Source: Prorocentrum cordatum (Eukaryota). Taken from it: a stretch of DNA of 53,280 nucleotides. The number at the start of each line of letters is the position of its first letter. Position 1 is the stretch's first letter. Shown here one piece after another: positions 25,910-37,519 of the stretch. The translations under genes and the position numbers were made by a program. The notes beneath the pieces are model-generated. The model saw only the letters and a list, made by a program, of their open reading frames with translations. It made no database searches and was not told where the DNA came from. The stretch spans positions 62,001-115,280 of the forward strand of contig CAUYUJ010000330.1 of assembly GCA_963575745.1 (NCBI GenBank). Direction: 5' to 3'.

Positions 25910-26603
25910 TCGGATAGCGACAAACTGAATATCATCATGAATGTGCGATTCTGTTAGCAAAGCAGCCTCAAGAAAGAGTTACAGCAGAACCAGATTGACA
26001 TCATGAAGGCCACGAAGTTTCGCCGTGAAGTCGGAGATTCAGACATTGAAAGGACATGTATCTGATTTGCAGTGTCGTCCACAAAGTTCGTCTGCTTTGA
26101 GTGTTCGTCATTTGAACCTTCTCAATTCGATGGACGTATCAAATTTACCGATTGCTTTCTCCGGATTCGACACCTCCGACTTGAGCAAGCGCGTGGAAGA
26201 ATTGAACAAGATCGTGAATGATCTCAATCCTGCAGTGAAGCCTCTGCACATTGGACACTTCTTGAGTGGCCCTTGTAACGGTCAGCAGGTATCTAAGGCA
26301 TCTTTTGTTCAGTTCGCTACCGCCCGCGACGCTCGCGTGTTTTTGCACTTGTTAGGAAGGCAAAGTTAGCAGACCAGTTCTGATCGTTTAACCGCCAAGC
26401 CTGCTAAATCGCGTTTGAATGCGTCGCGAGACTGGGCCGTGCGAGAGGCTGAGAAAAAATTGAAGGCGAAACTCCCTCGCAGCGTGATTCACATTGGCTG
26501 GAAGTCACGTGTGATCACCGTCGAATCTGTGCCTGCTTTTAAGCAGGAGCCAGCAGATTTGATTGGTAGTTTTTTGGCGCCTCACGGCGATCTGACTTTG
26601 TAG
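25910..26603 (+). pseudogene. LINE ORF1 (coiled coil, RRM-like domain, C-terminal domain) with stops and frameshifts
   Basis: Heptad-like VKSEIQTLKGHVSDLQ, then IAFSGF...SFVQFATARDAR (RNP-like) and RDWAVREAEKKLK...IGWKSRVITV. Lies immediately upstream of the APE domain. Confidence 0.65.
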
Positions 26604-27039
26604 AGAGCACGGAGTCGCACGCAATTTTGTTCACAGGTCCCTCCTTCCTTTTCTTTCGGTTGTTCTGCTGCCCCTCACCCTGTGAGTAGTGTGCGGGCCC
26701 CTCTTTGTCGATCTCGACGGCGAGGCCCTCGATCAGATTCATCGTTCCTGAGGCGTTTTGCTGAGCGGCATTCGCGTTTCGCACGAAATTCAGCCGCAGA
26801 TTTTTTGCATCGCCTTACTCCGGATCCGGAGTTGTCTCACCGCCTACTTCCAGGGGTCTCAATGCCTTACTCCGGGGATGTCTCAACGCCTTACTCTGGA
26901 CCTCTTGCTTCCGCCCCTCCGCCTCCCCGACCCGAATTCTCTCAGCGCACTTTGCATGAATTTTTCGAGCCTGCGAATTCGTATCCTTTCTCTCCAGACG
27001 GTGGCTGTGGCGACTCCCAGCCGACACCGTCTGTTCGCG

Positions 27040-27718
27040 ACCTTGACCTCGCCATTTTCCATGTAAACATTCGTTCTCTGAACGCGCACAACGGGGAATT
27101 ATCAGCTCGTCTTTCTCTTTTCGCTTCTTTGCCTCACATCGTTTGTCTCACTGAATCTTGGCTGAATGATGCCAATCCTCACCCGCCTTTGTGTGGATAC
27201 ACAGCCTTGGCGCGGAAAGACAGTCAGCAGCAAGCCGGTGGTGTCATCATTTTTGTTCTCGACTCTCTCGTCTCATCCTGTTCCTTGTTATTAGAATCGA
27301 ATGCGGCAGAATTAGCGTGGATTCTAGTACATTGCAGTTCTGGTCTTTTGTTATTAGGCTGTTTTTACCGCCATCCTCGGTACGGAGAGACAGCATCAGG
27401 CATCGTTTGACACTTTGCGAGAAGAATGGAATTCTTTGCGATTGAATGCTGTCAGCACCGTGATTGTAGGTGATTTCAACGCTCATCATGCGCATTGGTT
27501 GCGGCACAGCCACTCGGTGACACCAGAGGGTACATATTTGAAGCAGATTGTTCATGACGAAGGTTTGAAACAGTGCATTCATTCGTTCTCCCACTCGGGG
27601 CATTTATTTACTTGATCTTGTTCTTTCTGATGCACGCGATTGTTTAACAATAGAAGTTCTGAGTGACATCGCTGATCATCGTGCTCTGTGTATCCGTTTC
27701 TCTTCTCCTCCTCTTCCC
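27040..27718 (+). pseudogene. LINE ORF2 apurinic-like endonuclease domain (frameshifted near 27405 and 27605)
   Basis: HVNIRSL, CLTESWL, GGV, FYRHP, VGDFNAHH, LDLVLSD, ADHR. Confidence 0.88.
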
Positions 27719-29890
27719 ATGGAAACTCTCAGCAGAGATGTTTGGCTGTGTGGTAGTGCTAACTGGAGCGGTTTGAAACACTTGATTTCAGGGCAGTGCT
27801 GGGATTGGATATCTTCTGGAAGCCCGGGTGAGATTGTGCAGCAATTTAGTGACTTATTAATGAATTTTGTTCGTAGGTGTATACCGTCTGCTTCTCTTTC
27901 CTTCCGCCCCTCTCACCCCTGGTTGACGGATGAATGTATCAGAGCCGTGCAAGCGAAGACAGCCGTGGCTGGGACTGACCTTTTCCCGGCAGAGTGTTTA
28001 AAGACGAATCGAATCTTAATGGGAGCGTATAACGCTCACATTGCCCGCACGCGAGAGAAGCTTTCTCAGGAAAGACGGGGGAGCAAAAGGTGGTGGAGCC
28101 TGTCTGAGCAGATTTTAAATAAGAAGAGCAAATCAGGTAGCTCGCCTTTGAAGTATCAGAACGGTAGTTGGGCAGTGTCTAGTTCTGATAAGGCGAATCT
28201 GTTTGCAGAGTCGTTCAGTGGCAAGTGGTGCTTACGTGGCGCTGAAAATAATGAATTTTCGGATCTGTCCTGGATTATGGCCCCCCCTGACTCTCCCTCC
28301 TTCCTCCGTGTCCGGGTCCGTGCCGCGCGCCAGGTTTTAAGTGCGCTCAGGGCGGGCAGCGGCATGGGGCCGGATCCTCTCCCAGCGCGGGCTTTGAGAG
28401 CCTGCGCTCGGGAACTCGCTGTGCCTGTTGCCCTGATCGCCCGTTTAATCCTTCAGCAGGGGCGATGGCCTGAAATTTGGTGTCAACACTGGATTCTTCT
28501 TCTATTTAAGCGGGGTGCTGTTACAGACCCAGACCACTATAGAGGGCTCCAGTGGACTTCCCAGCTTTCTAAGGTAGTAGAACGGCTTCTTGGTGACTTG
28601 TTCATACCGCGCTTGGAGCGTGTAGGGGCGCTCGGCCCTTTCCAATTCGCATGCCGGCAAGAGCATGGCGCCAGAGATGCTATTTTATATTTCTTTTTGT
28701 GTTGGCTTCTTGCGCTGTCTGCAGGCATGACTGTTGCTTTGTATTGTTCTGACGTTTCAGGGGCATTTGACCGCGTTGCTTCTGATACCTTGCTACAGAA
28801 ACTACGTGCCATCAGTGTGCCGGATTGCATTTTGTCCTTGCTCCAGAGCTGGCTACGGCCACGCGTGGGCCGGGTGTTGGTTGGGGGGCGGGAGTCCAAC
28901 CCAATTGCAATGCGCGATATGGCGTACCAGGGCACGGTTTGGGGCCCACCGCTCTGGAAATGTCATTACGCAGACAGTTGCATGGCGACAGAATCTTTGA
29001 ACTTTGAGGAAGTCGTTTTTGCTGACGACCTCAACGCCTGGAGGGCGCTTCCCGCGGCCATTTCCCCGGAGGAGGCATATGCGCAACTCCGCGAGTGCCG
29101 GTCCTCCCTACACGCCTGGGGCCGCGCCAACCGCGTCACTTTCGACGCCAGCAAGGAACGTTTTCATTTATTGTCGCGCACTAGCCCTGCTGGCGATGCT
29201 TTTAAGATCTTAGGTGTTGTCTTCGATCCAAAACTCGTGATGGTTGATGCGGTTGAAAGCTGCGTATCAGCGGCGTCGTGGAGAGTGCTTAGTATAGTAC
29301 GCACGTGCCGCTTCTACATCGATGCGGAACTTGTGAACCTGAACAAATCCCACGTTCTGTCACTTATTGAATACTGGACCAGTGCAAACTATCACGCTTC
29401 AGCTTCTGTTCTCGCCCCTCTTGACGCGCTCCAGACGCGGTTCCTGCGCTCTCTGGGCACTTCCAAACAAGATGCCTTAGTGCATTTTAACCTTGCTCCG
29501 CTTGCCACACGCCGGGACATCAGTATCTTAGGGGTCGTTCATCGTACTATCTTAGGTCTTGGGCCAGCTTGCTTTTCTAGTTTCTTTCGCCTCGACTCGT
29601 CTCTGCCCCCTCCTCGGGCACCCCTGCGCCACGCGCGACACGTGGTAGAGCCGCCATTTACCAGTCCAGATTTCTTATTGCATTCCGCGATTGGCACCAC
29701 GCGGGTTTACAACTTGCTCCCGCATTACATTATCCGTGCTCGTGCTGTGCCGCCGTTTCAAAGACGCCTGCAACAACTCGTTCTGGACCGTGCCAGGGCG
29801 TGTGAGGATTGGGAGTCGTCTGTGTCGCCTCGCCTTCCGCTTGCGTCCCACCCGCTGAGGAACCACAGGGAATGGCGGCCAAGGTCTTGA
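27719..29890 (+). CDS. LINE ORF2 reverse transcriptase region (723 aa open)
   Basis: GPDPLP, YRGL, SKVVE, QFA, SDVSGAFD, QGTVWGP, FADDL, LGVVFD, RRDI, VYNLLP. Confidence 0.92.
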   Translation: METLSRDVWLCGSANWSGLKHLISGQCWDWISSGSPGEIVQQFSDLLMNFVRRCIPSASLSFRPSHPWLTDECIRAVQAKTAVAGTDLFPAECLKTNRILMGAYNAHIARTREKLSQERRGSKRWWSLSEQILNKKSKSGSSPLKYQNGSWAVSSSDKANLFAESFSGKWCLRGAENNEFSDLSWIMAPPDSPSFLRVRVRAARQVLSALRAGSGMGPDPLPARALRACARELAVPVALIARLILQQGRWPEIWCQHWILLLFKRGAVTDPDHYRGLQWTSQLSKVVERLLGDLFIPRLERVGALGPFQFACRQEHGARDAILYFFLCWLLALSAGMTVALYCSDVSGAFDRVASDTLLQKLRAISVPDCILSLLQSWLRPRVGRVLVGGRESNPIAMRDMAYQGTVWGPPLWKCHYADSCMATESLNFEEVVFADDLNAWRALPAAISPEEAYAQLRECRSSLHAWGRANRVTFDASKERFHLLSRTSPAGDAFKILGVVFDPKLVMVDAVESCVSAASWRVLSIVRTCRFYIDAELVNLNKSHVLSLIEYWTSANYHASASVLAPLDALQTRFLRSLGTSKQDALVHFNLAPLATRRDISILGVVHRTILGLGPACFSSFFRLDSSLPPPRAPLRHARHVVEPPFTSPDFLLHSAIGTTRVYNLLPHYIIRARAVPPFQRRLQQLVLDRARACEDWESSVSPRLPLASHPLRNHREWRPRS

Positions 29891-30519
29891 GTTTGCTACT
29901 TGGCAGACGTCTTCTGCTTCCTCGTCCTCTCTCCCCCCCCCTCTCCTCGTCTCCCCCCCCCCCCCTCTCTCCCCCCTCCCCTTCCTTCTCTCGCCCTGTC
30001 TGCTGCTGTTGTCTCCCGCCGTCGGCCTTCGTGTGTTGTCCTGCTTGCTGCTGTCGTCCGTGGGTCCCGCTCGTTCTCGCCTTCTCCCCCCCCCCGGTCC
30101 TGTGCGCTGTGTAGCACGCGGCAAGGACTTTTTAAGTGCTGCGCGTCCGGCGCCTCCCGCCCCTTCTCGTTCTCTTCGCTCTCCTCCGTTGTTGTGTTCT
30201 GCTGCTCCTGTCTCCCTCCCCCCTTCCCCCCTTCCCTCCCTGCCCCTCCCCCCCCCGTTTCTCCTTTCCTCTCTTCGCTTCTGGCTATGCGTTTGGCAAT
30301 CACTTTAAGGCCGGAAACGATTTTTTTTTTTTTTTTTTTTTACAGGCGAGTCATGATCAAATCCATCGTTTTGGTTTTGCTTGTATCCGCGCCGTGCATT
30401 TCTTGCTTTGCAATTGTTTAATCATGTGGTGAGGTCACGTCATCTGCTGTGCCGGAGTGGAGTAAAAAAAAGGGTGGCACGCCAGTCGCTACGGGGACGA
30501 CGATGATGATGAAGATGAT

Positions 30520-30930
30520 GAGTCTTGGAAGTCTGGGAAGTGGAAGAGCACGAAGTGCTTCACGTGCTCGACGAGCGTTTGCAGAGGACCGCTCAATGCA
30601 GCACGCTGGCCCGGGAGTGGAGTTCTGGGAAGTGGAAGAGCACGAAGTGGCCTACAGTTCGTTCCGGGCATTCAAAATGTGGCCTGGGAATGGTCCAAGA
30701 GCACGAAGTGGCTTACAGTTGGCTCCGGGCATTAAAATGTGGCCCGGGAATGGAGTTCTGGGAAGTCGAAGAGCACGAAGTGGCCTACAGTTGGATCCGG
30801 CATCCAAAATGTGGCCCGGGAATGGAGTTCTGGGAAGCCGATGAGCACGAAGTGGCTACAGTCGGCTCCGGGCAGTCAAAATGTGGCCTGGGAATGAAGT
30901 TCTGCGAGGTCGAAGAGCACGAAGTGTTTG
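30520..30930. repeat. ~60-70-bp tandem repeat (gaagagcacgaagtggcctacagtt...aaaatgtggcc.gggaatggagttctgg)
   Basis: About six recognisable units. Confidence 0.85.
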
Positions 30931-31429
30931 AGTGTTTGTTTAAAACGAGCCCGCCTGTCCGGCTCCCGGCCAGACCCCCTGGGGAGTCATCAGATGTTTT
31001 TTTTTGACCCCATGTGAAACCTATCAGTCTTCGCTGTTAGGTAAAAATACATTTTTTTCATTTAATTTTTCTCTTACAGTATACCATTGTGTATTTTACA
31101 GACCAAAAAATAGCACGAGACACGGACCGCCATTACATTGAGGGAGGCGGATTTTCACAGAGATTCTCAGAATGTAGATGTTTGAGTATTGCTAACAGAG
31201 CAGGGTTCATAAGCAGATTTTCGAGGCAGTTTAGGTTGGATTTTAGGTTTTAAGGGCCGATGCAATAATTCTCGCCCAAGATTTTCGGGCCGCCTTAGCT
31301 TTATTTTTTTCCCGCTTCGCGTATCCCCACCAGCCCATCTCAAAACAGCAACTCTTGCGAAGCATGCCGACAGTCGTGTTTTTTCAGGCGTGTTTCCGCC
31401 TGCCCCCTGCATATCTCCGGGCCTCTCGT

Positions 31430-31945
31430 CCTGGTGTGAGTCGTTCGGGCCCTTCTTCCTGGTGTGAGTCGTTCGGGCTCTTCGTCGTGGTTTTGAGTCG
31501 TTCGGGCTCTTCGTCCTCGCGCGAGTCGTTCGGGCTTCTCGTGGTGTGAGTTGTTTGGGCCCTTCGTCCTGGTGTGAGTCGTTCGGGCTCCTCCTCCTGG
31601 TGTGAGTCGTTCGGGCTCTTCGTCGTGGTGTGAGTCGTTCGGGCTCTTCGTCCTGGCGTGAGTCGTTCGGGCTTCTCGTGGTGTGAGTTGTTCGGGCCCT
31701 TCGTCCTGGTGTGAGTCGTTCGGGCTCCTCCTCCTGGTGTGAGTCGTTCGGGCTCCTCGTGGTGTGAGTCGTTCGGGGCCCTCGTCCTGGTGTGAGTCGT
31801 TCGGGCTCCTCGTGGTGTGAGTCGTTCGGGCGCCTCGTCCTGGTGTGAGTCGTTCGGGCCCCTCCTTGTGGTGTGAGTCGTTCGGGCTCTTCGTGGTGTG
31901 AGTCGTTCGGGCCCCTCGTCCTGGTGTGAGTCGTTCGGGCTCCTC
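31430..31945. repeat. 26-32-bp minisatellite with a constant core GGTGTGAGTCGTTCGGGC
   Basis: About 18 units; a ~136-bp higher-order duplication is visible (31536 vs 31672). Confidence 0.92.
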
Positions 31946-32153
31946 GTGGGGCCTCTTGGGGGCCTCTTGGAGCCTCGTGGGGCCTCTTGGGGGCCTCTTG
32001 GGGGCCTCTTGGGGGCCTCTTGGGGGCCTCGTGGGGCCTCTTGGGGGCCTCTTGGGGGCCTCTTGGGAGCCTCTTGGGGGCCTCTTGGGGCCGCTTGGGG
32101 GCCTCTGGGGGGCCTCTTGGAGGCCTCTTGGGAGCCTCCTGAGGGCCTCTTGG
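31945..32153. repeat. (GGGGGCCTCTT)n 10-11-bp array
   Basis: Direct inspection; it truncates the Gypsy RT at its 5' side. Confidence 0.9.
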
Positions 32154-33050
32154 AGCGACGAGGATGTCCATTCGGTGTTCATGGATGACTGCACGTTGTC
32201 TACCGAGGCCTACGACAATGACACCGGCGACGACGTGTTGGACAGGCATATCGAGCTTTGCGTCCTCTCGGCCGTCCGCGAGAATAATATCCAGTTCAAA
32301 CTGGCGAAGCGCAAGTTCGCGCACGATTTCATGCACCTCTTGGGCTTCAAGCTCGGTCGAGGCCTTCGCTACGTGGACCCAGGCAAGGCAGAGAAGGTCG
32401 AGACGTGGCCAAACCCCAAGAGCATCGACGACCTTGTCAGCTTCCGCGCGTACTGCAACCTCGTGCGCGAGTTCATCCCGAATCTTTCGTCCATCGAGGT
32501 TCCGCTGAAGCGCTACATGAAGAAGGGCGCGAAGTTCGTGGACTACGAGAAGGACCAGGACGCCCAGCCTGCTTTCGAGAAGCTGAAGCGCTCGCTGGCC
32601 CGCGAGGTTGGACTCGCAACTTTGGATTACGCGGTCGCGGCTGACCCTCGGTCTGGCCGTCCGATCGAGCTGTACGTGGACGCCTCCGACATTGCGTGGG
32701 CGGCTAGGCTGGCTCAGAGGCGCGAGAAGGATGGGCCTTTGCGTCCAGTTGGCGTCGTCGGCCGGGGCTTCAACGCTACCGAGCAGGGCTGGAGCACCTT
32801 CGAGCGCGAGTTGTGCGGTCTACGTGAGGCGCTTCCGGCTACGCACCACCTGGCCAAGGGCTTTGTCGTGATCGTCTACACCGACCACCGCAAGAACATC
32901 TTCACCGACTCGCTGTTCGCCAGCAAGCACATCTCCAAGAAGTTGCTGCTCTGGGCCCTGGACTTAGAGGGCCTGGGCTCGCGAATTGTACGTGTTTGGC
33001 TACGTGGTGAAGATAACATATTGGGCGACGCTCCCAGTCGCAATCCCGAG
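32154..33050 (+). pseudogene. Gypsy RT (C-terminal half) and RNase H
   Basis: VFMDD (32175-32189), LLGFKL, WPNPKS, LYVDASD, FERELCG, VYTDHR, NILGDAPSR. Confidence 0.92.
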
Positions 33051-34438
33051 GACCGGGGTGTTCTCCATACTCTTCGAGTGCCAGGTGGACCCGTTCGTCG
33101 CGTCATCGAGCAGATGTTCACCGCTCCGTCTACGGCTGAAGAACCTGCCCAGATGGATCGCTTCCTTGAGGAGATTGGCGGCAAGGACTGCCAGAAGGAG
33201 ACCAAGAAGCGCGCCGAGGACCAGGCGCCAGCGAGGACCGCCACCACCAAGAAGCGCGTCGAGGACCAGACGCAGGCGAGGACCGCCAGCTTTAAGAGCG
33301 CCGAGGACCAGGCGCCGGCGAGGACCGCCGCTGTGACGAGCACCGAGGACCAGGTGCAGGCGAGGAACGCCGGAACGCCACCAATAGCGTCGAGGACCAG
33401 ACGCAGGCCCCAGAGGCCACCGCCACTGACCGGATGGCGGCTCCTTCTTTTTCCCCTTCTCCGACAAGATCGAAGTACCATGTTGGCGCGGCAGGCCCGA
33501 TGACGCGAGGCGCTGCCATTATAGTGCCTGGCCAACAGGCCGAGGACGCGAGCCTGGGGGATTCCGATGACCACGTGACTTGGCCTTCTTCCCTGGATCA
33601 GGTGGGCACCGACGGCGGGGACTTGGAGTACTCCGACTCCGATTAGGATTCTTTCGCTGGGCTCCAGTCTTCAGTTCTTGCTTATGCTGACGGTGACCCT
33701 CGTGTTGCAGCGACGTTGTGCAGGTTGGTGTCTTCTACAGTGGACTTCGAGAAGGACGAGTTCGAGGTGCACCCTAAGTTCATCGATGCTCATGCGTGGG
33801 ACGAGTCATGCCCGCGACACGCTTTGGTTAGCTTTCTACCAGTCGAGGCAGCGGCTGAGGGAGCTCAAGCAGTCGACCCGAAGCTCCCCCATGATCCTCG
33901 AGTCCTTCCTTACAGGGTCATGTACGCGCGCGACGACCGGAGCGAGAACTTCACCGTCTCCTACCGGCAGCCGCAGGTGTACAACGACGGTGTGACCCGC
34001 AAGACGATCTGGTACAGGTGCAAGCCCAGCGGGGTCGCCGAGGGCTCCCGGGAGGCGCTTGCAGGGCGCAAGAAGGCCGAGGACCTGGCCTGGGCCCACG
34101 CGGAGGCGGTGCTAGACCGCCCAGTTGAAAGCTTGGAGGTTGAGCCAGCGGTCGGGTTGGGACCGCTCAGTGGCACGGGCTTCTTCTGGAGGCACGGCGA
34201 TCCGTTCGAGGGCTAAACCTTCCACTTGCACCCTAGACGCCCAGACTTTCTCAGTCGCAGCGTTTGGAGGCCTGTACGTGACACCTTGAAGTCCGCCGAG
34301 CAGTTCTGCCATGCTCATGAGTTCCTTCGACGACTTCCTAACGGCATGGAGGTCTACCGATGCCGTGGGCACCAGATCTTGGGCAGCGGGGTGGACCCGC
34401 TCCCAGCAGAGCTGCGGGACAAGCCGCTGAAGGAACGC

Positions 34439-35080
34439 CGGCTGTGCGAGGGGTTCAGCGGGGTGGAGTCCGCGAAGGAGGCCGGCGCGATGCTATCGCG
34501 CATCTGGGAAGCAGCAGGAGGCTACACCGAGAGATTCGACTGCATGATCGACGAGCGGATGGACTTCCCCAGCCCAGCTGCGCGCGAGTGGAAGCACAAG
34601 CACTACGAGGATCCCTACGATGTCTACCACTTCGCGATCCCGTGCACCAACTTCAGCATCGCGAAGACGTCGCCCGAAAAGGTCAGGTTTTTGGACAATC
34701 CATATGGCGACGAGACGAACGAGGATATGGTCTACTACAACAAGTTGGCTCGTGCGGTCTGCTACTTCGCGATGGCGCTCATGACGAAGGGCGCTGTGGT
34801 TACCTTCGAGAACCCTTTGATGTCGTATCTGTTCTTCCTGCTCGAGTACTCCTGCATGATGGGCTTCGATGGCGTCGAGGTCGTTCGCAGCGACCACTGC
34901 CAGGACGGGGCGCCCTACCAGAAGCCGCAGGTCTTCGCCGGGAACACGCCAGCGCTGAAGGACATCGGGCGGCTGTGCAACCGCGTCAAGTACCAGGTGA
35001 TGCTGACAGGCGCGATGGCGAGGAGATCTGCCCCGTACCCTCGCGCACTTTGCGAGCGAATCGTGGTCGGCTGCGTCAAG
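34439..35080 (+). CDS. C5 cytosine DNA methyltransferase domain within pol
   Basis: Motif I EGFSG, motif IV AIPCTNFS (catalytic PC at 34640-34645), motif VI FENP, motif VIII-like DHCQDGAPYQKP, motif X-like SAPYPRALCERI. Confidence 0.85.
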
Positions 35081-35799
35081 ACGCTGAGCGCGACTGGCCG
35101 ACTGGGCGTGGAGTGCTCCGAGCAGGCGAACCGCTGCGTGAATAGTCTCATCACCGAGGGCGTCGTCGACCGCTTCCCTTCGGGCGCGTCCTTCAGTCTC
35201 CTCGTGGCCGAGGGGCAGCGCCGAATCATTCAGCTTCGTCATGGGGCTGCTCGAGCAACACCGCCAACTTCTGATCCACGTGGACCTGCCGCGGTTCCTG
35301 ACGTTCACGCTGGCAGGCCTCAGTTGCGGGTCGAGATCAAGATAGCGTGGGGAAGATGATCAAGCGCAAGACCCGTGGACGCCAGGACAGGCGAGATCCT
35401 TGAGGATATAGACATCGACGAGGACACGACCGCGTCTTACTTGCAGCGGGGCGTGGACAAGCGGCGCGACATTGTCGTCGAGGTGTGGTATGATACTGAG
35501 GACGGAGCTGCTGCTGCTGATGACCCTCCTCCAGCGCCACCCGCGCCGAAGGCCTTCGACGAGCTGACCGAGTTGATACCGTCGAGCCCATCTTCAATGC
35601 AGCGGGCTCAGGTCATCTCGCTTCTGCAGAAGGATGAGGACTTCGCGGGCACCTACGCTGCCCATGTACTTCTTCGCCGCTACGAGGACGAGAACCGCAT
35701 GATTGACAATCAGAAGATGTACAAGGACCTGAAGGCGCACCTTGCTGCTCGAGGTGTTGGCGGTCGCCAAGCGGCACGGCGATCCTCAGTGGCACTTCG

Positions 35800-36945
35800 C
35801 ATGATGGGCGGCTACAGCTACAGGGACGGGCTTCTCTACAAGGACGAGTGGAACTCGACGTCGTTGAGCTGCGTTCCGAAGGTTGTCGTGCCCCGCGGTG
35901 GTCTTCGAGCTTTTCGCTACAATAGGCGCCTGTACAGGCTGCCGTTGAGGAGGCAGCTTCTTCTCTACTACCACGACAGCGAGGCCGTGGGCATGCACAG
36001 CTCCGCCGAGGACACCTTGGCCAAGCTCGCGAAGCAGTTCGTGTGGCCAGGGATGGACACGACATTCAGAAGTGGATCTCGTCGTGCAGCGTTTGCCGGA
36101 TGGTGAAGCCAGCGCGCGGCTTGACTGCCGATGCGAGGATGGAGCTCTGCGACAGGCCCTTCAGGCTGATTGGGATTGACGACATTGGGCCGACCGCCAG
36201 AGTCGGAGGGCTGCAGCTACATCTTACACGCGGAGTGCGCCTTTCTCGCACTACGCTTGGCTCAAGGCAGCGCCCGACAGATCGGCTTCAACGTGGGCGA
36301 AGTTCTTGGTGGAGAGCGTCATGTTCGACCTGGCCGGCTTTCCGCCGGTACTGCGGAGCGACAGGGGCAGTGCGTTCGCGAGCGCTATCGTGGCCCAGAT
36401 CAACGAATTGCCCGGGGTCAAGCACTCGCTGGGCAGCGCCTGACACCCAGAGTCGCAGGGCTTCGTGGAGGCGCGCCGCCAGAAGATCAACAGGATCTTG
36501 GCGAGGAGCTGCAGCGCACCCTGAGCGCTGGGCGCGCTAGGTACCCTTGGCGCAGTGGTGCCTTCGCGCGACGCCGATGCCTCACCGCTCTGGCAGGTCT
36601 GCTTTCGAGATCGTGACTGGCATCCTGCCGCAGGGGCCGATCGAGGAGGTCTTCAGGAGGCTCGAGCCAGGCAAGGCGCTCGAGCCCGGCCACTACGTGC
36701 GCGACCTCATCGAGCATTTGGAGTCGACGCATGCCACGGTGAGGGAGATCAAGGCGGCCCACGACGAGGAGCAGCACGCGCGCGCACTGCAGGAGCCGGG
36801 CGCTCGGGAGTTCCAGACTGGCGACACAGTCGAGGTGCAAGTCGAGTGCCCGGCGACCGGCCGCGTCGAGATCGTGCGAAGCGATGACGTGGACGGCAAG
36901 TCCGAGTGGGTCGACCTAGCGACCGAGGAGTACCGCTGTCTGTAC
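35800..36945 (+). pseudogene. Gypsy integrase (HHCC finger plus DDE core), frameshifted
   Basis: YHDSEAVGMH..WPGM/DIQKWISSCSVC; GIDDIGP; LRSDRGSAF; HPESQGFVE; LRATP..SGRSAFEIVTG. Confidence 0.9.
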
Positions 36946-37048
36946 CCGCTCGTGAGAGAGCCGGCTGCTGGTGCCGCCCCTGCGCGCCGCCGAGTGCGAG
37001 TGACTTGAGAGGCAAGGATGCTTCGGCACAGGTCGAGGGCTAGGGGGA

Positions 37049-37519
37049 TGCTGGGAATCATTTTGCACAATAGTAGTATCCCTCTCCCAATGCCTCCTCT
37101 CATCATTTGCACGTAATGTGTCCATTTCTTCATTTGTATCCTAGAAGCATGTTTGTTGCACTTAGAGCTTTCTAGTTATCGTACTCACATTCAGCGCATT
37201 TCGCATCATATTTCTGGCGAGTCTTGGGTGCGTAGGTCCATTTGTGGGCGAGCCAGAACCATGTAGCATATGTGCCCACATGGTTTTTAGGATCATATGT
37301 CTGACGAAATTCTGCTGCAGTTGTCCGTTTTGGCCCCCAGGCCCTGCAGATCGAGGACAGGGATGTTCCACGGTGGAATTTCACCGTGTTTAGAGGTCCT
37401 GGGCCACCCTACAGCGTATTTTCGGCCCTGGGCACCCTTGCCATACATATTTTCTGAATGGTTTCCGAATGCATATTTCGAGAGCGGTTTTCCTTGAACC
37501 TGAGACGCTTTGCCTGGCA
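37049..37519 (+). repeat. Candidate LTR
   Basis: Begins TGCTGGG directly after the purine tract gagggctaggggga and may end at CCTGGCA (imperfect 7-bp inverted termini). No second copy lies in the window, so the end is uncertain. Confidence 0.45.

Larger units (their letters stand above)
25500..30341 (+). mobile_element. LINE copy B, near full length (ORF1 plus APE-RT ORF2; CR1/Jockey-like group), decayed
   Basis: ORF1, APE and RT lie in the expected order, followed by a pyrimidine-rich 3' UTR ending in a T-tract. The 5' boundary is approximate and the clade is inferred from motifs only. Confidence 0.88.
32154..37519 (+). mobile_element. Ty3/Gypsy LTR retrotransposon, 3' half, carrying a cytosine methyltransferase; decayed
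   Basis: RT-RH-INT order on one strand with several frameshifts and stops. The pol frame ends at 37008 and is followed by a purine tract and a TG-starting, less GC-rich LTR-like segment. Confidence 0.88.

Noticed and set aside
31430..31945. CRISPR-like array (constant 18-bp core with variable intervals)
   Set aside because: The intervals are only 8-14 bp, are drawn from a few recurring variants and show higher-order duplication. There are no cas genes and the context is eukaryotic, so it is a minisatellite.
31926..32153. Gly/Leu-rich N-terminus of the 525-aa RT ORF
   Set aside because: It is the translation of the GGGGCCTCTT array fused to a truncated RT.
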